From: Takakia lepidozioides
Taxonomy: Eukaryota; Plantae; Bryophyta
NCBI GenBank assembly: GCA_030704615.1
Contig: CM060732.1
Coordinates: 81,344,001-81,408,000 of the forward strand
Reading direction: 5' to 3'
DNA length: 64,000 nucleotides
Shown: piece after piece, positions 13,201 to 25,399 of the stretch
Layout: each line of letters starts with the position of its first letter
Numbering within the stretch: position 1 is the stretch's first letter
Translations under genes and position numbers: made by a program
The notes under the pieces: generated by a model
Databases searched by the model: none
What the model saw: the letters and a program-made list of their open reading frames with translations, nothing else
Told to the model about the DNA's origin: nothing

Positions 13201-14988
13201 GAATGGAATTCTTTGATAAATTTTCATCAATGTATTCGCGTAAAGCAGCCAGCTCCGTCTGAGATAAATTGAAGATCTGGCCGAATGGTGGTTGAACTCC
13301 TTCTTACAACTCAATTGCATAATCATAAGGTCGATGTTCTGGCAACATGTCTACATTTTTCTTCTCGAAGACATCATTGAAATCTTGACATTGAGTGGGT
13401 AATGTCGAAGTACCTTGGTCTGTTGTGGTTTTGATCGGAGTCGCATAAAGTGCAAATGTCACATATTTCTTCGTAGCTCTCATGAAGGCTCTAAACTCCA
13501 AGAAACAGGGGTTGAATACCTTTGGAACTTTTACATTTTTGTCTTGCCGAAATTTTTCGTGATCGCTAGTCGATGTCAGGATTATGAAGTACAAACCAGG
13601 GAAGTCCAAGGATCACATGATTCGTTGGAGACTGGATGACATTAAAAACAATCTGTGATGCTTGATTTTTAAGCTCCACTTCAAGGGGTCAAATTTCATG
13701 GTCAATATTTCCTGATGCTAACGGTCGTCCATCGATGATTTCAACAGGGGCCGAGAATTTCTTTTTTACGAGCGTTAAATTGTGTTGCTTCACAAAGTCT
13801 TTGTCAATAAAACACGTTGAAGCGCCCGAGTCCAAAAGTGCTTCTACGGAAATGTCTCGATTTTGCATCCTGATCTTTACTAGAACTGTGAAACAAGGTA
13901 CAGGGTCTGGAGGTAGAAAGAGATTTTTTTTTTGTGAGGAATTTGGGGTGTCTAGCCACATGGTCCCTACTGTGACTGGACATCTTCGTTTTCTGACCTC
14001 ATCGTATCGAATACTTGAGTTGTGCCCCGAGCTTTGAATCTTCTCTTGTTGGGGCAGTTTAATGTTATATGATCATCTTTTCCGCAATAAAGGCATAATC
14101 CATTCGAACGCTGTCTTTGTTTTTCTTGTGGCGTCAATGACTTGAATCGGACAGTATCAATCTGTATAAGATCATTACCGGATGTCTGATAGATCATTGT
14201 GTTTGGTGCCGTAGTAGCAACGGCATGGTGCTTCGTCGACCATCCAGATCATTTCTCTTGACGTCTTTCGAACAAATGATTATCGCATGCAATGACTTGG
14301 GCTCAGTGTACTCACGTTTGGCATTGTCAGTAGTAAATCTTTTACATCCTCTTTTAGGCCACATCGAAACTGACTAATTAGGCTCTTCTCATTCCAGTCA
14401 AGGTCGCACGCAAGTTGTCAAAATTCGGCAGCATAAACGGAAGCTGGACGTGCTTCTTGTCGAAGATTTCGCATCTTTGTCTCTGCAACTCTCTCTCTAT
14501 CATTCTCTCCAAACGTTGCAGTGAACTCAGACATGAACGCTTCAAAATTGTATAGTAAATGCGAATTTTTCTCTAATAGCGGTGCAAACCAAGATAGGGC
14601 AGTGCCTGATAGAAGGGTGCCCACGAATCCCATTTGAATACCTTCATCAGGGTAACGTTGTGGATATAGTCGTAGGAACAATCATACTTGTTGAACAAAA
14701 CCGTGAAATCTTGATTTCGTCCCATCAAATTTCTCGGATATGTTGACCTTTGGTTCCCTTGTAATCTGTAACTGTTGCAGTAGAATTTGTTGTAGTATGG
14801 ACTCGTAAGGTTGAAGATCCATTGTTCGACTCCTTCAACTCTGAAACTTGTTGTTGCAAATTGTTGAGAGCGTTGTCAAGATCTTGAGACTGATCAGCTT
14901 GTAGTTGGGCAGTAGAGGCACGAAGTTCTTGCATCTGGAACTGAAGACTCTGCAATGTGGCGACCATTTTCGCAAATGTGCCTTCCAT
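10299..14988 (-). pseudogene. Decayed gag-pol of a Ty3/gypsy chromovirus (Tcn1-like): Gag, protease, RT, RNase H, integrase, chromodomain
   Basis: Gag with CLYCGKDDHITLNC knuckle (~14050-14095); LLDSGA protease (~13825); MPFG..NA and [11 protein letters not shown]; DASD/ELLAI/YTDHKNL RNase H; H-H-C-C and SMDFIT integrase; EYEVDEVLDSR..LEYFVHWK chromodomain. Many stops and frameshifts. Confidence 0.95.
11604..11737. repeat. 67-bp tandem duplication within pol, causing a frameshift
   Basis: taggtcctggag... at 11604 and 11671, flanked by gaattcgaagt microhomology at 11589, 11656 and 11723. Confidence 0.9.
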
Positions 14989-15013
14989 CTTAACTAACTA
15001 AGAAACAAACTTT

Positions 15014-15026
15014 AGTCTCGTCAAAC
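15014..15026 (-). promoter_or_regulatory. Self-priming primer-binding site (TTGACGAGACT)
   Basis: Lies just inside the 5' LTR end and is a perfect 11-nt complement of AGTCTCGTCAA at 15316-15306, 31 nt downstream of the start of the LTR TATA box. Confidence 0.8.
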
Positions 15027-15618
15027 TGTCAAGGACGAGAATACGACTGAACACAAACAAAAGATCAGACTAGAGGTACAGGACTAGACAAGAAGTCAAG
15101 GTCGGCGTGGCCGAATGCATGATGAGTAAATATGAATTAAGACGATCTTTATAACAATGAACAAGAGTATAAGATATTGGAACACGACTTGAATACTGGA
15201 ATGCTGGAAAGTGGACTGGAGTACCATATACTAAAAACTGGGCTAGAGTACTAAAAACTGGACTGTAGTACTGGGAACTGGAAACAAGAGTAGCTTGAAC
15301 TGGTGTTGACGAGACTGAAGAGTGTCCAATCTTGCCTCCTATATATACTGGCTACTTAGGAAGTTCCCTAAGAGGCTTCCCCAAAGGAGGTTTCTTGATG
15401 GAGAAGTTTCCAAGGTTAAACAAAGGAGGTATCTTGATGGAGAAGTTTCTTCCAAATGAAGCTTCCTGAGCAGTTTCCCAAGTTACGCTCGGTAATTTGG
15501 TAAACTCCCGGTAACTTGATAACTAATGGTAACTTATGGTAGATCATGGTAGATCATGGTAACTTAGTAACTTCTGGTATTTACTCCTGGTAAGTTCTTC
15601 TGGGCTATGTCCGTGACA
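15027..15618 (-). mobile_element. 5' LTR of the chromovirus (592 bp)
   Basis: TGTCA...TGACA termini, TATATATA at 15347-15340, short internal tandem repeats, directly upstream of the PBS and the gag ATG (14988). Confidence 0.85.
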
Positions 15619-15759
15619 CACTCAACAATTTGTACAGAGGCAACATGAATATACGCATAACAAAGACAAGGAAATAGAAGCGAATAAGAAATGGTACAAT
15701 TTTGAATCATTACAATTGACTGTACAGAGGATGACACTAATTTTCGTTCTTTCATTGTC

Positions 15760-17070
15760 TATAAACTTGTGTAACCAAGCGTAAGATCTGCATCCGCTCC
15801 CATTCCCGACGGCCCTCCTCTTTCCAGCAACGCAATGGCCAAGTCATGCTCATGCCAAGACCTCAACCCTGTTGCTAGCTTTCGTATCGTTTATATCTTG
15901 AACTCCAATATCCAAGACGGTGTGCAAGTAACCTTAAGTGCCCAAAACCCAACGACGTGAGACCTCCACACAGTTCACTTGCTAACCTAATCCAACGAAA
16001 TGAAAGCATCGTCATAAACCTCTTTTTCCTTGACATGTTGACTTTTTACCTTCATAGGGAGGTGATAACGACAGTATATCATACAGAATGAGAGAACCGT
16101 CCTAAAAGGTTGTGCAATATCTTCGTTACGAACTTTGTCCATCAACTTAAGCTCCTCAACAGCTAGATCGATGTTGCTTTGGGCCCCAGCAATGAATGGA
16201 TGAGACAAATCGGCTCACATATGTGACTTGGAATTTTGGACCGTTGTGGCTAATTTTCTTATTTAATGAGATAAATTGTTTTGGCCTATTCGAATTATCT
16301 TTTAAGTGTGCACACTGATCCTCATGGTTATACTGTTGTTCTTGTTTGCAGTTTTTCAACATGGCGGTCTACTGCTTTGATGACTCTCCAATTAAGTTAT
16401 CTAAGCAACATGCTATTCATGAGTCTCTTGAAGACTCGGATGAGCTGCGGTTTCTGTCTGGCGATTTGGTGACTAAGGAGGATCTAGTTAATGAGGGTGA
16501 AACATTGCTGATAGTTAAAATGAAGGCGGCGGGGTTTGGCTCTAAGCCGTTAAAAACGTGGCTCAAGAAGTTGCAGTTGTAGGCTGAGGAAGCTAATCAT
16601 GAAAGCGGAATTGACGACGTCAAATTCTGGAAAACCATTTCGTGTTGTGGAGGGACTTTGAGGGCTTTAACTCCAAGGTGCTAGCCGTAGCCGATGTCAT
16701 AGAGACACTTCAAATGAGGTTAACAACCTACTTGGAAACCGTAAGTTCCGTGACTTGGTGCAAGACAACTTGGTCCCTTTCAGGGTGGTTTGTCTACTCT
16801 CTCTTACCAAAACCTCATATGGTATCAGCACCAGTTCTCAGACGTGGATGAGTTGGGTTAGTCTGACCAATCAATGTATTACGCATTGGAGAAGTATATT
16901 CGCGATGTCCTGCGAAGGGGATATCCATTGCAAGAGGCCAAAGTTCATCTCTGGGTTCAGCTCAAAAATTGCGGTACGGTCAGTTTTGAAATTTGAGGAC
17001 TTCCGGCATATGAATGCGCCACAAATATCTCCAATCCCGGGACGCAATCTGGTGGTGTAGGATGTCTTCT
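15760..17070. pseudogene. Decayed protein-like fragments of unknown family
   Basis: Plus-strand acceptor cttgtttgcag at 16351 is followed by FFNMAVYCFDDSP...WLKKLQL* and later MYYALEKYIRDVLRRGYPLQEAKVHLW. A minus-strand acceptor at ~17070 and stop-interrupted minus frames also exist, so the strand is ambiguous. Confidence 0.3.
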
Positions 17071-17148
17071 GTTACAACCAAACACAAATTCAGTAGATTA
17101 TCAAATAACAAGATCTCTCTTACTAGCATCCATCATTCCATATATTAG

Positions 17149-20100
17149 AACCTCCACTCGACAGTGGAGGTTCGTATGTACGAGGCTTTCTACATGAAAG
17201 GGAAAATCTTCCCTATTATACAGATGTTGTAGAAAGAAACTTTAATGAAAATGAGGCTCAAGAGCCATTGAATACATCGTCCTGAAGCGAGACAAATCTA
17301 CAAATGAAATCTCTTAACCTAATTCCTCCAAAAAATACTCAGGGACTTCTCGCGCAGACTTCGTCTACTATATTCATACGAGTCTAGGTTATATACCCAA
17401 CAACTATAAAATGCTCATTCTGATCTCCCTGAGTTATCAGGCGAATAGTCTGGAGGGGTATATTTCGGGGATCCGGTGACACTATCAGGAGACGCAGGGG
17501 AGTATCCTGGAGATCCGGAGACGTCCTGGAGTTCCAGGATTCCCTGTCTCGTTGCAGTGTCCACGGAAAGGTTTGGAGGGTAATATCCTGCAGATCTTGT
17601 TGTGGATACAGGAGATGCTAGTGAGTAACCTAGAGATGCGGGAAATCGCCGCCAATGTGTCTGGGGAATAGTCTGGAGGGGTGTATGTCAGATAATCTTG
17701 GGAGTAGGCAGGACATCCATAAACATCAGTGTTTTCATGAACGCTATCTCTTATTTCCACCAGGGTATCCGTCGAGTAGTCTTGAGGTCTATTGTTGGGA
17801 GATTCGGCTGCGTTTCACGAGGATTCTACAGTCACATTTTCGTCAATCCCAGATACTTTGTTCGGCTCGGTAGACCCCCAACTGGATTTTTCATCTGGTT
17901 TCAAAACACCATGTTCCTGATTTGGATGGTATGGTTCCATCACGTCTGCCGAACACCATCTCTTACTCCACTTTAAGCTGACGGTCTTGTACTCATCGTC
18001 AGATACCAGTTCCCCACCCACGCTCCTCTTTCTCATACTGACAGAAAAAATAATTAGAGTGTGTAACTGGCTGACCCAAAGAAATATTGAATCTCCACTG
18101 GGTAGTGGAGGTTCCCAATTATCATATTCCAGTCTTGTTGGAAAGTATGTGTCACACTTACAATGTTACACATATGATTCCATCACTCGTTCCCACATCG
18201 TCTCACACTGATTTTCATTTTTCCCGGAATTATCCGATTTCATCCTTACTTTAAAAAAATGTCTTTTAGCTTTCCCATACATAATTCACTCAAACCTCCA
18301 CTAGGCAGTGGAGGTTCCAATTTTTGGTTCCTCATGTGCATGAACTAGGTTATCGTGGTTTTTCAGAATTGCCAAATTCGACAAAATTGGATAAAAAAAT
18401 GAAAATTTCCATTCAGAATTGAATTTGAATGGGAAGAAATGCATCAACTATTGATTGACAAGAACAAACTAACGCTGGATTTGGGGATCAAGAAAACGAT
18501 TGAGAAATAAACATCCGGACATTTCCGAAACCACTGTCCTCAAAAAACCACCACATTGAACAAAACAAGCAATACAACCAGCACGGTAATCTCCCGCCAC
18601 CCTAAACTATTACCCTAATCCACCAAACCCTATTGCACACAAAACCACCACACAAAACCACCCTACAAATCATCGGTGAATTGAAAAACAACAGTGAAAC
18701 AATGAAACAGGAGTGCACTGAAGCACAGAATGGAGCAGGAGTGAAATGAATTGATAGAGAATGAAGCAGACAATGAAACAGAAACCTAATGTGCACTGAA
18801 GACAGTGCAGTGCAGCATATAATGAAGCAGGATCCAAACGAATTGAATCGAGAACAGGCCACAACAGGCCAACACAAAATTGAGAACAGGCCAACACATG
18901 AATTGAGAGCAGGGCAACACAAAACATGAAATAGAAAACGAAAAGATGGAGTTTTCAATGTTGTACCTGCTTGTGCCGGCCATTTTGGTGTCCCTGCAAC
19001 CACAGTCCTTCGTTTGATACTCTCTTCCGCACCTCCGCTTGCCGGTAATTGCACTGTGCTCTCGCCTTTGCACTCGTCAATCTCCACTCGCCACTGTCCT
19101 GTCTCTCCTCCCCGCTCTTCAAAATTTCGCATATTTCACTCTCTCACCTTTCACCCTCTCCTCTCTCTGCACTCGGTCCAATCTGCTCTATTTCTCTCTA
19201 CGCTCCAGTGTCCAATCGCTGTAAAACGCGCTAAAAAACTCTTCTCTTTCACGCTCTCCTCTCTCAACTGTCAAGCTCTCACTCGCGCAGCACTTACGCG
19301 TAGAAAATGGGAAGCCCAAAGGCCGGGCTCAAAGAGCGCACCCCTTATAAGCTTTCAAGGATGATCTGAACCATCGCCTCCGTCCGAAATCGAACGGTCG
19401 CGCGGCCCAAATGGATATTCTGCCCCATCCACGCAAACTAACATTAATATTGTCCATCCACATAGATGAAATTAGTTCAAATTTTGTTTCAAATTGATAG
19501 ACGAATGCACATACGTTTGGACAGACGAATGAAAAAAGGACAAAATGATTGTAATGACGCCATTGGTCAGACTCTGCAACCCTCATGCTTACAAAAATCT
19601 TAAAATAGATTTGAAGCCGCCAAACATTAACCCACGCCCCAAACGCACATGTGACCACCCACGTGGCACGCCTAGGTAGTCGTTTCAAACGCAATCTGCC
19701 AGAGAACACAACGCTGTACCTACGGATCCTTACACAGTATAATCATTGTCTCATTATGAGCCGTCCACAATCACTTTCGGCTGTTAGCCGCCAGACGTCA
19801 ATATTCCCTAACAACACCTGCAAGTGCCATGTGACATACGGCTTTAAGGATAATAGATGGCCCCTCATGTCGGGCATCGATTTAAGGTCCAGAGCCATAG
19901 GGACTGCCCATTTATCGAGGGATACCCGACACGAGGGGTCCATCCCTACATTAAACATGTGCAAGCAAGCAAGGCACGGCAAAACATTCCACACACCTGT
20001 AAGGCACCGCCCTCGCTGTCCAATGCGCCGGCGTGTAATGCCCCGCCCTGCCCAAGTGTTTTATTCACTGTAACAGCACGATAAATATAAACAGTAAAAA

Positions 20101-22664
20101 TCTCAAAGTGCTTTATGGTTCACCTCCGGATTCCTCCCAGCTTATAATGATCGATTGTTAATGTGCAGTCCAGAATTAGTTGTGGCGATTAGCCGCATGA
20201 CTTCATTTCTCCCGGCCACTTGTCAGAATCGACATCATTCACGCTTATTCCAGAGTCTGCTGTCAGAGCCGCACGATAATGATGCCAGACATGTAGTCCT
20301 ACTAGCGTACAAGTACGATAGAATTCATTCTGATCGCGGCCGTTATCGTTTGTTCCATAACTAATGTGACAATGGCTGCTGTCAATAAATCCCAAATGTG
20401 CACACTTTCAATGAAGCCGTGATTTCACGAGTTGAAATAAGCCGTTCGATTCCGCCTTAATCCACGGTGGCCACAATCGATCCGGGAGAGAAAGCATACC
20501 ACACTGCCATTGGAGCGATTCAAGATGAAACTTACTTGTCACCTCTATATAACGTCCGACTCCACACAGTACCAAACTTCCCACTGCGAACCTCTCACTT
20601 GCTTCTTTTCTCTCGCGCACCTCTCTGGACATCCTGCACCTCTCTTGACAACGTGCACCTCTTTGCCTATCCTGCACCACTCTACCCATAGGGTACTTCT
20701 GAAGCAGCCTCTGAGTCTCTCTCTGCTTCCCTAGTCTCGGGTGTCAACTGCACATTTCTCACGTAGGATAATATGATACTCATTTTTTTGTGTATTCTTC
20801 ATGTGCACCAGCTAAACTTGCTTTTGTTTGTCTAAAGTTACTCCCAAACCTCCACTGGGGAGTCGCCACATTATTATTCATCCATCCCTATAATCAATTT
20901 TCCATCTCTTCATTATCCATTGTTCATCCATGTGGTTGATTTCATCAACAGATATCATCCAACCTCCACTGTCCAGTGGAGGTTGGCATTTGTGACTTCA
21001 TCTGACAGTTCAGATAGATAGTCACATTGTTCTATACGCCGCCCTCATACTCCACTTCAATTCCAATTGTCTTTCATCAGTCTCGGGATAGATCCAAACA
21101 TTGACTTTATTTTTTCAAATCATATTGTTTTTCTCATTCAAAACTGTCGAAAAAGTTCTACTTCAACTCCTCCCTTTGGTGGCATGACGTTCTTTCCTTC
21201 AGTTAATCTTCCTTCCCGTAATCTGATTTTATGGGCAGTGGAGGTTATTAAATTCATGGGAATCTAAGTAGGCCAAATGGTGTTTCTGTCGCTTCCTGGA
21301 TCTCCTTCAGTGGTTGCCTCAAGAGATTGCCTGAATGTCTTTGGGGAAGGAACTTGCCACAGACACCACTTGTGTTCGTCTACCATTTCAGTTACCCTGA
21401 TCTTTTGTGATGACGCATTCGGCTCTTGTCCTCTGCCTTATCGACACATGGATGACACATTGAAGGAGGCGATTGGGACTCCAGTTGTGTGGGACGTCTC
21501 CTGTGTTCACCCGCATGGAACTGTGGATTCAGCATCTCAAAGAAACCCGGGATGTCATTCCATCACAGAAGATAATGATTATCAAGGACAAAGCACTGAA
21601 AGCAATGAAATTCCATCCAACTGTGAGACTGAAGGGGATCCGGCTGTAGGTCTTGGGAGAGATTGTTGGAGAAACTTGTGGTGTCTTCTTCTTGGGGAGG
21701 ACGGAAACACCCTGTTCGAAGGCCGTAATCAGGCATGCATTCCTAACGAGATCATTCTGAATGACAAACTCGGAGAGAACGATGTTGGGGTTCTGGTCAC
21801 CAGAACAATCTCTGGAGAATCCGGTTCTCTGATGTCCATTGTGAAATGGCCGTTAACAAAAACAAGACTCATGAAAATGGCCGGATACTCTCCGTTGATC
21901 TCGAAAATTTCCTGCGATCATGCAGTGACAAGGAGAATGACGACCATGGTACAGGCGTGAAGAAAGCAGCATACATGCATTTTACTAGGAAGAAGAAACC
22001 ATCCAATTTGGAGGACTAAAAAAAGTGTAAGAAAAATCTTGCTTTAGAGGAAGTGAGGTCGGTGAGCAGCAAACCTTGCTACAAGCTTCAGTGCTGTCAG
22101 TACTTTGATTGGAAAAACACCTTGGCAATTCGTACTGCATTTTGGGGTTTGTCATTCGATGAGAGGAGAGAACTTGGATTGAATGTTTCAAAACGACTTC
22201 ACATCATGGAAGGGGCATCGCGCAGGTCGTATGTTACGATAGAAGGTGTTGATGTTTGTGAGAAAGCATGGTGGATAATACACGGAATTGGAAGGTCAAC
22301 GTACATGAAGTACAAAAAGCTCAGTAAAGAGGGTTGTTTGTCATCTTTCCACGGAAATCGTGGCGTTAAGCGGCCTCGACCAGGGACACTCCAGACAGAG
22401 GGGAACATTGTGTCCATTATCAATGCCAATACTGACCTTATGCTTCACAAATTACGTTGCATTGGAGAGGGACGTCTGGATACTTTGAGAGTATTGCCAC
22501 CCGAAATGAATTGGATGAGAATTCGAGAGGAGTCCAACGAGGTGACTTTTATTCGTTGTCCCATTTTCTTTTTTCAAAATACTGTGGCTGATTTTATTCG
22601 TGTTGATGCCATCATACCTTCTTGTTCTTCCACTTTGTAGAACCTCCACTGCCCAGTGGATGTT
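17149..22664. repeat. Dispersed 24-bp palindrome AACCTCCACT-N4-AGTGGAGGTT
   Basis: Full copies at 17149, 18090, 18293, 20961 and 22641; partial copies at 20847 and 21237. Confidence 0.9.
17260..19132 (-). pseudogene. Intron-containing second gene of the Sola1-like element, divergent from the transposase; low-complexity protein with repeated YTPPDYSPD
   Basis: ATG at 19132, TATA-like ttataag at ~19345, donor cag|gtac at ~18966, acceptor ctgtcag| at ~18038, in-frame stop at ~17815. Flanking non-coding stretches carry the same palindrome as the transposase intron. Confidence 0.4.
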
Positions 22665-24870
22665 GACATTATTGGAGAGTTGGGGTGCAGACGAACAGAC
22701 TTCTCGGTTTGAAAGGAGTCTCGCAACCAGCTATAAACCGTATACGTAATCGAATATTTCCTAACGTGGAGGTTCGGAAAACCGGAAGCACCTTTGCTAA
22801 GTGCATAGAATGCGAGATGTTGAAGGACTTGATCAAGAAGTCTATTAAGAGGAGTAGCGAATAGTTCGCACATAAGCGGGCGCTTGATTTACACTTGAGG
22901 CATCAAGAATCATGCACAAGGCTGTACCATAGCTGGAGGAATGAGTCCGTTATGATTCCGGAGGAGTTCCTATGTATTATTCACGATAAGATGGATCATA
23001 GGAAAACAGCTATTCCGAGGCTACAGACGACGAACAAAATGGTCTTTGGATTGGGTCAGTTGCCTGTCTCATTGACATGAATGGTTACGCATGGACACGG
23101 TGATGGAGCTTACACTGAATTTTCTCTTGAGTTCTGGAAGGGCAATTCAAACTTCACAATTGGGTCGTTGGCTCGGTGCTTGCGCCAACTGAAAAGCCGA
23201 CATGCCGGGAATCCATGAACATTTTTGACACTGAAGTTCAAAATGATTTTTTTGAAACGCTCATGAGAGGTAAATCGAGATGTTTGGAGGCTCTGAAACC
23301 CTGCAGGCCGCAAGATAAACGTGGTGCTCGACCACTTCCTAGACGACTTTATTTGCAGATGGACAACTCCTCCAAGAACAATAAGAACAGATGGATGCTT
23401 GCTTTCATATCCCTCCTCACTGCCAAAGATGTCTTTGAAGAGATCCAGCTTGGTTTTCTCATGGTCGGGCACACCCATGAGGATATTGACGGATTCTTTA
23501 GCTATCTCTCGAAGAAGCTAAAGGAACGCAACACCTACATTCTTCCGGATTTGATGAGGTCATTCATCATCTCCCAAGATATACAATTCATTCCTCAAAT
23601 TATTCAGGAGGTTCTCGACTTCAAGAAGTTTGTTAAGAGTTGTATTCTTGATGGAAATGAGGCTTTGGTCGGGATCTCAGAGATTCACGTCTTTCGGTTT
23701 TTTAAGGATGCGGATGGTTGGCCCGTTATGAAGTACAAGAAGTCAGCTACTGTTCGGAGTGACTACCTACAAACTCCAGCGTTAAGATGTGGAAGTCCAA
23801 CCCTGATGGGACTCCAAATCTCCCTGAAGAAGACCCAGATGCCGTTCCAAGAAGACCGATATGGGGAGTCGAGGACAACTCCTCCAAAAAACAGTCCTTC
23901 ATAAAAAATGGTATTAAGAAATACAGAGATTTTTGGACCAAATGAATGTTGCTTGATGATCATTACAGGGGTGTAATGGAACAATACGACCAATACTGGG
24001 GAAATATTCTCGCCGAACTTGATAAGCCAATGCAGGAAATTCCAGATCATATTCAGCGGATTCTAGCCAAAAACAAATTGGTCCTCAAACCATCGGAGGC
24101 CGTCACATTACAACCCTCGGACGGAAATTCGGCACCGAAAATCCAACAGGGGACGCCCGGATGAAGTCGCCTCGGGCGGAGAGGCCGGCACATGTCCCAC
24201 AGAGAACATCCCCCGGATGGAAATTCGGCGCCGAACTTCCATCCGGGCCCCCCCAAAGGAAGTCGTGTCGGGGGGTCAGGCCGAAAACAGGCCGACATAA
24301 AAACCTCCCCAGATGGAAAAACAGCGCCGAATTTCCATCCGGGGCCGTTCGGATGCAGTCGGCTCGGGGGGAGTGGCCGGCACCTGGACGTCACATTACA
24401 GCCCCCGGACGGAAATTCGTGGAAGATATGGAAGATGAGGATGAAGTTCCAGAACCTTACTATGGCCCTAGGTGCGAGTGTCCAAGGATACCCTTGAATC
24501 CGTTCAAGGATATTGAGAAAGGGTTTTTTGTGCTCGTTCTCCCTCATGACCCAACGACGTGCCCGGTCTGGTTGGGAATGGCAATTTCAGAAGTCATCCG
24601 TGAAAGGGAATATCCTAATTTTAAGAAAGTGAAGGTGGACTGGTGGAGACCGAAGAAATGAGGTAACCCCTCAGACTTTGAGAGGTACAGGGACTGCTGG
24701 TCAAAAGTTTGGGAGTACAACCCGTCAGATCTTGCTCAATGGATCCACGTGAACAATGCCGCCACGAAAAAATACGACAAGAAATAACACAAACAGAATT
24801 ACAGCGGTGGAAACAGTGAAGGCGCGCGCGAATTCGGAGGAGGCTAACCTTCAGCCAGATACCTGAAGGT
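21250..24870 (+). pseudogene. Sola1-like DDD transposase pseudogene with N-terminal TnpA/Transposase_23-like modules
   Basis: VCEKAWWIIHGIGRSTY..HGNRG, FAKCIEC, IIHDKMD (D1), LYLQMDNSSKNNKN (D2), FLMVGHTHEDID (D3). Intron at about 22542-22690. N-terminal LP..DDTLKEAIGTPVVW. Several stops and frameshifts. The superfamily call comes from recalled motifs. Confidence 0.75.
24101..24419. repeat. GC-rich ~96-bp repeats with palindrome CCGGATGGAAATTCGGCGCCGAAYTTCCATCCGG inside the transposase C-terminal linker
   Basis: Copies at ~24118, 24214, 24310 and a half copy at 24406; cgtcacattaca..cggacggaaattcg is directly repeated at 24101 and 24388. Confidence 0.85.
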
Positions 24871-25399
24871 TGCTTTCTTGCCAACCACATCCGTCCATGG
24901 ATTAAATGTTGAGGTCAATTCCGGTCCTTCGTTTTAAGATAATAAAATCTCTTTACATTTTTTTCCCTTCGTGTTTGCGTTGGGGGATCCTTCTTGTTTT
25001 CTTTTCCTGTCGCACTGAACCTCGAGTGGGCAGTGAACGTTATCATTTTTTTTGTTTTTTTTGACGTGCTGGACTCTACACTGCTGTACATTCTGTTCAT
25101 TTACATTCTGGCTTACAAAATAGATAGTGCACAAAAAAAAAAAAAATGCTGGCACAACCCCTGGAGTCTTTCTTTTCCAATCCGGTCTAAATGTTTTTTT
25201 CCAATGTCTCGTCATTGCGGCAATTCCAGTCTGTCTCTCAGTGCTTGCACTTGACTCAAGCCAAGTCTCCAACTGAGGTATCACACTAAGAGGACCCTTA
25301 CCATATCATTATTGCCATACTTTTCAATTAAATGCCACTCCTTAACTTATACCTCTCATGTTCTCTTCTATTTCCTGGACCTCTAAGCGAGTCTATGTC

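Noticed and set aside
13960-13975. Programmed gag-pol readthrough or frameshift
   Set aside because: A nearby homopolymer run and general decay make the original frame relationship unknowable.
18602-18960. Cys/Phe-rich ORFs
   Set aside because: They are translations of a repetitive T-rich intron downstream of a splice donor.
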